Below are positions 8,312 through 15,352 of a DNA stretch of 15,570 nt, piece after piece. The notes under the pieces were generated by a model, which was given only the letters and a program-made list of their open reading frames with translations, was not told the origin of the DNA and made no database searches. Position 1 is the first letter of the stretch. The number at the start of each line of letters is the position of its first letter. The position numbers were made by a program, and so were the translations under genes. The stretch spans positions 1 through 15,570 of the forward strand of contig JBGTHM010000042.1 in assembly GCA_041746255.1 (NCBI GenBank). The letters run 5' to 3'. The stretch is from Fibrobacteria bacterium (GTDB lineage Bacteria > Fibrobacterota > Fibrobacteria > UBA11236).

Positions 8312-9259
8312 TCACTTTCCCGGAACTGGAGCGAACCCCTTTTCCTTAAGTGGTTTGCCCAGCAGATTGAATTGACCCATTTCGGGTATATGCAGCCTGA
8401 AGATGCCGCTATGAAATTCCCGGCGCACCAATCCGCTCTGCGGGATAGGGTTTCGACCCGCTCTATCGAAAAGGGACAATACGGGGGCACCCGGGTTTAT
8501 TTTCGGGTGTAGCCCCTGCTGAATGTGGAAGTTATCGAATTGGGCGTAAAAAGTTTCCGTCACGGGACCATTCGGACCGCCGCCGAGGAAGGTATGTGCT
8601 AAAAACTTGGTAACCATGGATCTTGGTAAATCCGATTTCCGGAACTGTATTCCGGTTTGATGAGCCACTCTTTTTCCGTCCATATAAGCCGAGGTGATGC
8701 CATCCGCCTGCGAAGCGGAGGAGTTTACCCGGACGTATAGGCTCAAGGCATACCAACGACCCGGCACCATGGCCTCGGTAGCCTCGGTCTTTCTATTTCC
8801 GCAGACGGTGTCCGAACGCCTCTGATCGTAGTAGTAAATATGCGGTTTGCGATCTCGGATGACGATGCGCGAACTCCATCCCTCGTCGGTCTTATCCTTA
8901 CAGCCAGTGGTATGGTTTTCCGGCCCCAACCCGAAGAACTTGCCGCCTTCTACGGGATTCCAGCCCTTTTCCAATAAAATATCATAGGAGAGGGTATACT
9001 CCATCTCGGGATCGATGAGGTGATTGAACACCATCACTTGGGAGGCGCTTCCCTGAATGGGGTAGGCTGCACGTACCACTTTATTTCCGGGGGGAGCTGC
9101 ATCCTGGACAACCAAAAGTTTTAGGTTTCTCCAAAGCTGTTGCGAGGGCAGATTGTCGAAGTTCTCGCTGTAAACACTGGCGCCAGTTAGCGGCTGAGCT
9201 GTTCCCAAAAGGTGAAAAAGGTTCAAAACCCCAACGCAAAAGATTATCAATGATTTCAT
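8312..9259 (-). CDS. Secreted polysaccharide lyase, PL14-like
   Basis: Signal peptide ...LLGTA|Q; RBS GAGGAG; LSYDI...GGKFFGLG...TTGC...WSSR, GRWY.L.LYVRVN...ADG and TFLGG resemble the PL14 GGKLPGL...FS.R...TFFGG pattern; tail FNLLGKPL. Confidence 0.75.
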   Translation of the reverse strand: MKSLIIFCVGVLNLFHLLGTAQPLTGASVYSENFDNLPSQQLWRNLKLLVVQDAAPPGNKVVRAAYPIQGSASQVMVFNHLIDPEMEYTLSYDILLEKGWNPVEGGKFFGLGPENHTTGCKDKTDEGWSSRIVIRDRKPHIYYYDQRRSDTVCGNRKTEATEAMVPGRWYALSLYVRVNSSASQADGITSAYMDGKRVAHQTGIQFRKSDLPRSMVTKFLAHTFLGGGPNGPVTETFYAQFDNFHIQQGLHPKINPGAPVLSLFDRAGRNPIPQSGLVRREFHSGIFRLHIPEMGQFNLLGKPLKEKGFAPVPGK

Positions 9260-9377
9260 TATTGGATTACTCCTCGTGCTCGTTAATAAAACAGCCGAAA
9301 CTCCTTAGGTTCCGGAAGTTAACCTCGGGCTCCCTGGTAACTTACGCTGGGGCCGGGGGTACGGCATGGTAATTTTT

Positions 9378-9485
9378 TCAACAACCCCTGAACGCCCCGG
9401 CAAAGGCAGTGGAGGCGAACGCGAACGCGAACCCCAACGGGAAAAAAGCTCCGGCCAAGGCCAAATACGAAAGTGGGTTTATCAT
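9378..9485 (-). CDS. 35-aa ORF consisting almost entirely of a signal peptide (small protein or gene remnant); absent from the ORF track
   Basis: GAAAGGAATTACA-ATG directly after the stop of 9499..10194; translates to MINPLSYLALAGAFFPLGFAFAFASTAFAGAFRGC*. Confidence 0.45.
   Translation of the reverse strand: MINPLSYLALAGAFFPLGFAFAFASTAFAGAFRGC
9415..9432. repeat. Hexamer tandem repeat (GCGAAC)x3
   Basis: Seen directly; encodes the FAFAFA run of the small ORF on the minus strand. Confidence 0.8.
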
Positions 9486-9498
9486 TGTAATTCCTTTC

Positions 9499-10194
9499 TT
9501 ATTCCAATCCAATCAGGCGACCTTGAAAATTATAGACTTTCGCCCCTTCAACATTATTATTGAATTTCAGGCCGACATTCGGTATGAGAGAAACGTCACG
9601 AGTGGAGTTGAGGGTAGAGCCTTTGGGGGTAAGTATGGACGTGACGACGTCGGGTTTGGAGGGTGGAATCGCTCCCACTTTAAAAACCCGCACCGCATCC
9701 ACTGCAATCCCCCGCGAACGGGCCCCTAGATACAAAGTGTTTTTGCCGGCCTTCAATTCATGCCTCCACTTGTTGATGGTCGTGCCTCCGGGGGAGACCC
9801 CATCGGTCCAGCCCCACGTATCCCAAGGCGCCTTGGCCATGGTCTTGATCCACTGCGAATTGTTGACTTTGGTGAAAACATCGTTACAATGGTCATCCGC
9901 GGCGCCAGCGCAGGTCCCGGAATGGTTTCTTCGCGCATGGATTTCAAACTGGTAGTTGGCGGCATCATCTACGGTAAACTCGTACTCCATAACCGAGCTG
10001 GCAGGGGGAGCGGGTAAAATATCATTGCCGGTCCAATACAAATACCCGGTTCCGAAAAAACCTTTGTCGTTGCTGCGTATTTCCCACCCGGTTGCCGGCG
10101 TTACCGATTCCAGTTCAATCCAGGCATAAGATTTGGCCGATGCAGAGGCCGCCATGGTACTGAATGCCATCAACCATTTTATTTTGTTAACCAT
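9499..10194 (-). CDS. Secreted protein of unknown function, distant homolog of the 55..990 / 1249..2178 core domain
   Basis: Signal peptide MVNKIKWLMAFSTMAASASA|K; shares IELE/MEME, Y.F.[IV]....Y, D..NDV and L.[IL].AR....VD motifs in the same order as the paralogs; short tail VYNFQGRLI. Confidence 0.85.
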   Translation of the reverse strand: MVNKIKWLMAFSTMAASASAKSYAWIELESVTPATGWEIRSNDKGFFGTGYLYWTGNDILPAPPASSVMEYEFTVDDAANYQFEIHARRNHSGTCAGAADDHCNDVFTKVNNSQWIKTMAKAPWDTWGWTDGVSPGGTTINKWRHELKAGKNTLYLGARSRGIAVDAVRVFKVGAIPPSKPDVVTSILTPKGSTLNSTRDVSLIPNVGLKFNNNVEGAKVYNFQGRLIGLE

Positions 10195-10258
10195 TATTTT
10201 TTTACACTCCGAGGATTAGGGTGAAGGAAATCGGGAACGCCCAAGACTCCAGGTACTG

Positions 10259-12325
10259 CTAGGGCAATACAAATCGAAACGCCTTAGTTCCCAACTCGTC
10301 CTTAAATTGGACGAAATACACCCCGGGTTCCATTCCTTTCAGGGGAAGGGTTTTCTCCTCGGAACCCGGAACGGAGAGGCTTTTCTGCATTTTCCCGTGA
10401 GCGTCATACAAAGTGAATTCCATTTTGCCTTTAGTTGGAGAGGACAGAAAAAGGTTTTGGTTGATTAGGGAAAAGGGCAGTGTCTGAGAAGCCTTTTCTA
10501 ATAAATCACGCTTGGCGCCAGTGGTCAAATTTTCATTCAGGATAAGCACCGTCCAATCCTGGGCTTGGGTTCCAGGTGCGCTACCGATGGAAACCGTTCC
10601 CCCGCCATTCACCGTAGTTACGCTGCCCGACTGCAATTGGCCGCCACTGCGCGGGTTATACCATTGCACTGAATATTTTCCGGCCGGCAAGGTTATTTGC
10701 GCGCTCCCCCCATTGTTCAAATAAAGGATATAAGCTTCACCTGGGCTTTTCAGACTCCATCCACCGCTAATTAATTTATCATCGGGTTCGAATTTAATCA
10801 TCTGCTTCTGAGGAACGAACCTCGAGAAGAACTGGGAAGCATAGACGGTATAATTGTAATACTCCTCAAAAGGCCGGTAATCCAGCACAGTGATATCCTG
10901 GCCCGCGCCGAGAAAAAGTTCGGAGCCCGCGCCGCCCGCCATGACGGAACCCCACACTATGCTTTTTCTCCATTCGATTAAGTCGCCTCTTGCGGCGCCG
11001 AGATAGGGCTCGTCAATGGTACAGACCCACTTGTGGCCGGCTTCGCTGGAGGCCTTGCGCCACTGCAAAATCTTACTGTAAATATTGTTGCCCCATCTCC
11101 ATTGTAAAGCTGGCCCGGAATAGGCTGGGTGGCCGAGTAAGGGCTGGAAAATATCATCGTTCCCAGAGGGGCCGTTGTGGATCACGATTGGGTCATTATA
11201 ATAGGTCAAAGCCCGCAAACGATCGGCAAAATCCTTTCGTTGCTTGTCGGTATTGGCCTGATGAAAGGGGCCGGCAAGGTCCCATCCATTTTCTTCACCC
11301 ACATTCCAGGTAATGGCCAGGTGATGGCCAAAACGAGCCACCAATTCCCGATAGTAAATTTTACGACTCGTCCCGAATCCGCCTGGGCTGCCGTTATCCT
11401 TGACCTCGAAATAGGATTGGTTTTCGGTTTCGGTGGTTACTAAATGGAGCATCATTCCTTTGCGGTCGAAATGCTCGAAAAGAACTTCCCATTGATCGAG
11501 TTTGGAAACGTCGTATTCGAGCCGGTTGTCCGCTCCCGTCCACGGCCAGGAATTTTTTCCGTCGCCATGTGAGTTCATGGTAAGGAAATACATGGCATTC
11601 AAATCGAGACCGGAGAGGTAATTGACTACGCCGACGATTCCTTTTCCCTTTCCGTTCTTCCAGGTGGGATCGCCGGCGCTCCAATCCTTGATATGGTTGG
11701 GATAGAGACGGGTTGTGGGCGTGTTATCGAATTCAGCGTATTCCAGGAATATTTCGGGGATGTTTGCGCCCGCTTTGATAAAGTATTCCTGGGAATCTCG
11801 AAACCGCAGATAATGTTCACCGACGTATTCAAGTTTGCCCTTGACTCGGAAGTCCTTTCCGGTTTTGTCGTTTTTCGTGACGGTGAATACGCCTTCAGCG
11901 CCATCGAAGAATCCGGCGCTGGCTCCGCCGGTAAATTCGGCGGCTATATTCGTGCCGGTCACAAAGGATGCCTTGAATTTCCATTCCCCGACTTCATCGG
12001 GGGGGAAGTTGACGCGCCATTTGTTTCCGGATGAGGCGCCGGTCTCACCGGCGTTTCCATCCGCCGCATAATATCCAGGAACCTTATATGCGTTCCCCGA
12101 GGGACTTGTAAAAACCACGTCCAGGCGATAATGGGTAAAGGGATTCGGAGTCGCCGTTTCCGAAGTCATGGCACCGGTGAAGGTTATCATGACCTTATGC
12201 CAAACCTTAAGCTCACCTCCAACCACGGCTGCTTGCGCATTCGCCATTGTGGGTAAAGCCAGCATAAGAAAGGCAAAAATAGCCCCGGCCAGGGAAAAGA
12301 AAGTGATGGATTGTTTTTTACGCAT
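10259..12325 (-). CDS. Secreted DUF5060-domain protein with putative glycoside-hydrolase-like TIM barrel, Collagen_bind_2-like domain and T9SS-like C-terminal domain
   Basis: Signal peptide ...TMANA|Q; GELKVWHKV.ITF.G...NPF..YRLDV.FT...VPGYYAADGNA...WRV.F.PD..GEW (DUF5060-like); candidate catalytic segments WNVGEEN and IDEP; YSVQWYNPRSG (Collagen_bind_2-like); LYDAHGK...GMEPGVYFV tail; RBS GAGGA. Confidence 0.9.
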   Translation of the reverse strand: MRKKQSITFFSLAGAIFAFLMLALPTMANAQAAVVGGELKVWHKVMITFTGAMTSETATPNPFTHYRLDVVFTSPSGNAYKVPGYYAADGNAGETGASSGNKWRVNFPPDEVGEWKFKASFVTGTNIAAEFTGGASAGFFDGAEGVFTVTKNDKTGKDFRVKGKLEYVGEHYLRFRDSQEYFIKAGANIPEIFLEYAEFDNTPTTRLYPNHIKDWSAGDPTWKNGKGKGIVGVVNYLSGLDLNAMYFLTMNSHGDGKNSWPWTGADNRLEYDVSKLDQWEVLFEHFDRKGMMLHLVTTETENQSYFEVKDNGSPGGFGTSRKIYYRELVARFGHHLAITWNVGEENGWDLAGPFHQANTDKQRKDFADRLRALTYYNDPIVIHNGPSGNDDIFQPLLGHPAYSGPALQWRWGNNIYSKILQWRKASSEAGHKWVCTIDEPYLGAARGDLIEWRKSIVWGSVMAGGAGSELFLGAGQDITVLDYRPFEEYYNYTVYASQFFSRFVPQKQMIKFEPDDKLISGGWSLKSPGEAYILYLNNGGSAQITLPAGKYSVQWYNPRSGGQLQSGSVTTVNGGGTVSIGSAPGTQAQDWTVLILNENLTTGAKRDLLEKASQTLPFSLINQNLFLSSPTKGKMEFTLYDAHGKMQKSLSVPGSEEKTLPLKGMEPGVYFVQFKDELGTKAFRFVLP

Positions 12326-12434
12326 ATGAGTCTTTCCTCATCGAATTAACGGAGCAGCCAATTATCTTCCCGATTGTGGATTGTCAGGAATGTTCTTGTC
12401 CCGATTGGCATATACCGAAAATTCGGGATAATGC

Positions 12435-12461
12435 TTGACATCCGGGAACCGTTCTTTTAAT
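12435..12461 (+). promoter_or_regulatory. Candidate sigma70 promoter facing the dehydrogenase gene
   Basis: Perfect TTGACA at 12435-12440 and TTTAAT at 12456-12461, but the 15-nt spacer is shorter than canonical. Confidence 0.3.
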
Positions 12462-12788
12462 TGCGCTTCTCAAACGGAACGGTTGGGTAACATTTATGAT
12501 ACCCATGCCGAAGGGGCGTCTCCACGCACCCTTCGCGCGGCCGTCCACCGACAAACCCAGGTTGGAAGAATTCTTTTGGAATCCCAGCTGAGACTCCGGT
12601 TGCCCTCTCAGTCGCCCTACAGTGCAGACAGTAGGGAGAATTGGCGTCGATTAATTGTAAAATTTCGCCCAAAAATTGTATAAATTTGACCCGAGGAAGG
12701 CCGAGCCAGATTACCCCTTCCACTTGCTTAATGCAGTGCTTACAGTTCAAGTCACGAGCCTGGGTCAGGTAAATACCGATATTAACTT

Positions 12789-12812
12789 TTCCTGATGAAG
12801 GAATTTTTTTTT
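12789..12812 (+). terminator. Weak terminator/attenuator-like hairpin upstream of the dehydrogenase gene
   Basis: TTCCT-GATGA-AGGAA immediately followed by T9 (12804-12812); the stem is only 5 bp. Confidence 0.3.
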
Positions 12813-12973
12813 CAAACACCGGGCGGATTGAGGCTGGAAGAGATATTATAACTCGAAAGATTTCCGGGAGATGATGCAGGCCGGATGCGAATCAAGGGTG
12901 GCTCATACCGCACTTTTACAAGCACCTGCTGCGCAAATCCATTAATCTTTAATACTTCACTTAGAGGATAAAC

Positions 12974-14428
12974 ATGAAAAAAACCAAAAAAATTCATTCG
13001 GTCATGCTAGGAATAGCCTTTTGCCTCGCTTGTCATCACATCACATTTTCGCAACCTTTTAAGCTCGTTCCCCTGTATGACAAAACCAAGCTGAGCTTCT
13101 CGGGAGTCCGGACGATTTGGATGGAGGAAGTACCGACACTTCCCAAACACTTTTGGGTTTTAGGGCAAGCAGGGACCGTGCATACCTTGTATCCCAATTC
13201 CAAGGGCGAATACGACGCTTCCAGCAAAAAAATGATTTTGGATTTTACCAAGGACGCCTTGTTTATTCTTAAGAGCGAATACGGGGCCTATGCCATGAGC
13301 TTTCATCCCAATTTTCCGAAGGATCCTCGGGCGTTCGTTGTATATACGGCTAAAGAATTTCCCACAAGTCCTCCAGATCAAAGAGGAGGACTAATCAAAA
13401 TTGACGAATACAAAGTTTCCGGAGAAAAATTTGACAATCTGGTGAAAACCCGCAATATCATCACTTCCAAGCATGGAAATACTTTTGGAACCTCCACAAT
13501 CACCTTTGGAGCGGATGGTTATCTCTATGCTTTTTTGGGGGACTATAATATCAGCAGTCAGGATCTTGAACAACTTAATAGGAAAATTCTACGAATCGAT
13601 ATTGACAAAAGCGACCCCAATAAAAACTATGCCATTCCGAGCGATAACCCATTTGTGAATAACGCTAATCCCAAAATTAGAAAGGAAATTTGGGCCTACG
13701 GGTTTAGAAATACATGGCGGTTGACCGTGGATCCTTTAACTGGGGATCTTTGGGGTTCGGACGTGGGAACGTTCGATCCCTACGAAGAAATGAACCTTAT
13801 CCAAAAAGGCAAGAACTACGGATGGGAAACAGGTGGAAATTATATTCAAAAAGGCTTTACCGGTCCCTGTAAATTATCAAATACGAAAGATTGTACGCCT
13901 TTCACGGATCCCGAATGGAGTTACCCTAGGGCGTCAGGGAGCGGTTCCAAGCCCGGGGTTATTGGCATGGACTGTATAGGGGCCGGGGTCATTTATCGGG
14001 CCAACAGAGAGTCGCCCTTGTATGGACAGCATATCTATTTCGACGTTGCCAGCGATATAATCGTTGCACACGAAAAGGGAAAGCCGCCAAAAGTGATTGG
14101 AGATGTGAAGAGCTTGGGAGGGACCGGTGGTAGCGGCCACAACGGGATTTCCCATCTCAGTGAAGGTGCTTACGGCGAGATTTATGCGACACTGATCACT
14201 TGGGATCTGAATTCCTACCACGAAATTTACAAGGTATCCCACCCCGATTTGGGCCCCTCGAATACCCCCGTGAATATCCTCATGGCGCAATCACGACATA
14301 GGGCTCAATCGGCACGGTCATTGGCATTAGTCGTGGATCTGCAGAAAGCCGGCTCTGGAATATTCATCCGTGATGAATCCCGAGGGAGGTCCTATACACT
14401 TGACGGGCATAGGGTTTCGCAACCGTGA
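12974..14428 (+). CDS. Secreted PQQ-dependent sugar dehydrogenase (glucose/sorbosone dehydrogenase, GSDH beta-propeller family)
   Basis: Motifs [45 protein letters not shown]...D..TGDLW.SDVG...YEEMN.I.KGKNYGW; signal peptide ...ITFS|Q; RBS AGAGGA; tail YTLDGHRV. Confidence 0.9.
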   Translation: MKKTKKIHSVMLGIAFCLACHHITFSQPFKLVPLYDKTKLSFSGVRTIWMEEVPTLPKHFWVLGQAGTVHTLYPNSKGEYDASSKKMILDFTKDALFILKSEYGAYAMSFHPNFPKDPRAFVVYTAKEFPTSPPDQRGGLIKIDEYKVSGEKFDNLVKTRNIITSKHGNTFGTSTITFGADGYLYAFLGDYNISSQDLEQLNRKILRIDIDKSDPNKNYAIPSDNPFVNNANPKIRKEIWAYGFRNTWRLTVDPLTGDLWGSDVGTFDPYEEMNLIQKGKNYGWETGGNYIQKGFTGPCKLSNTKDCTPFTDPEWSYPRASGSGSKPGVIGMDCIGAGVIYRANRESPLYGQHIYFDVASDIIVAHEKGKPPKVIGDVKSLGGTGGSGHNGISHLSEGAYGEIYATLITWDLNSYHEIYKVSHPDLGPSNTPVNILMAQSRHRAQSARSLALVVDLQKAGSGIFIRDESRGRSYTLDGHRVSQP

Positions 14429-14467
14429 CCTGAATAACGGGGAGCGAGCAAGTAGATCCTTGGCCGG

Positions 14468-14744
14468 ATATTTCCTGACCAGGGACTTTTGTAGTGTGGC
14501 ATAAGGGGAGTTCCGCCCTCGGACAGTCGATTCCAGACTTAGCGGCATCCTTGTCCCGTGAGGGATCGAAATTGACGAAGAAGGATAGCGATGGGTTGAA
14601 CTGGAAGAAGGGTCCGGCGCTGATGGCCATGAATTTCTGTCCCCATAGTTCGAACGAAACGGTATCGCAATCGCCCGAAGGCGTATCGTGTATCGTAGTC
14701 ACGGTTGTAACCTTGGATTCGGGATAAAGGGAGGATTTTTCCAT
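14468..14744 (-). pseudogene. Degraded VOC / PhnB (3-demethylubiquinone-9 3-methyltransferase-like) family gene
   Basis: [63 protein letters not shown] is characteristic of the family. The usual N-terminal P.LWF segment is absent, and the continuation [14 protein letters not shown] lies in another frame (shift near 14540). Confidence 0.8.
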
Positions 14745-14869
14745 TTTCTAGGCGCCATTGCTATTTTTTTTCGGGTGGTTCTGGGTGTCTGGCGTTTGGG
14801 GTTAAGGGCATTTTCTTCAGTTTCGTCTTGAATTTTATGCGAAACAATTAAATGAATACTTTTCATTAT

Positions 14870-15352
14870 ATGCTAACACTCCGCCCCGCTACATTGGAGG
14901 ATTTGCCTTTATAGCGCCGCTGGGACCAGCAACCTCATGTGCTGGCTTCAGATCCCAACGATGATTGGAATTGGGAGACGGAGCTGACGCGTAATCCCGA
15001 TTGGAGAGAGCAACTGATTGCCGAAGTGAACGGTCATCCGATTGGTTTTCTCCAAATCATCGATGCGGCGCGCGAAGAAAGCCATTATTGGGGAGACGTT
15101 CCCGAAGGGTTGCGGGCCTTGGATATTTAGATCGGTGAGGGAGAATATATTGGTAAGGGATATGGAACGGAGATGATGAAAGCGGCGATCTCACGCTGTT
15201 TTTCCGACCGGAGCGAATCGGGTATACTTCTCGATCCCCTCGAAAGCAATACGCGCGCGCATAGCTTCTATGAGAAGTTAGGTTTTTGCTTTCTGGAAAA
15301 ACGTCGTTTCGGGGAAGATGATTGTTTCGTGTATCGCCTGGACCGCCCCTAA
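14870..15352 (+). pseudogene. GNAT-family N-acetyltransferase (AAC(6')-like) interrupted by two in-frame TAG codons
   Basis: One frame from ATG 14870: MLTLRPATLEDLPL*RRWDQQPHVLASDPNDDWNW...PIGFLQIIDAAREESHYWG...RALDI*IGEGEYIGKGYGTEMM...LLDPLESNTRAHSFYEKLGF...YRLDRP*. Internal stops at 14912-14914 and 15128-15130. Confidence 0.88.

Noticed and set aside
8221..8490. N-terminal extension of the TIM-barrel ORF given in the track
   Set aside because: It overlaps the PL14 gene; an RBS-supported ATG lies at 8220.
12587..12637. TPP riboswitch (GCTGAGA ... GTAGGGA)
   Set aside because: It lacks the ACCTGA core and the expected P4/P5 spacing, and there is no thiamine gene context.
12745..12753. tRNA T-loop-like GTTCAAGTC
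   Set aside because: There is no T-stem pairing or cloverleaf around it.
12792..12817. Hammerhead ribozyme core (CTGATGA)
   Set aside because: The required GAAA after stem II is absent (it reads CAAAC), and stems I and III are not evident.
13022..13036. CxxCH haem-binding motif (CLACH) in the dehydrogenase
   Set aside because: It lies inside the predicted signal peptide, before the TFS|Q cleavage site, with no cytochrome domain context.
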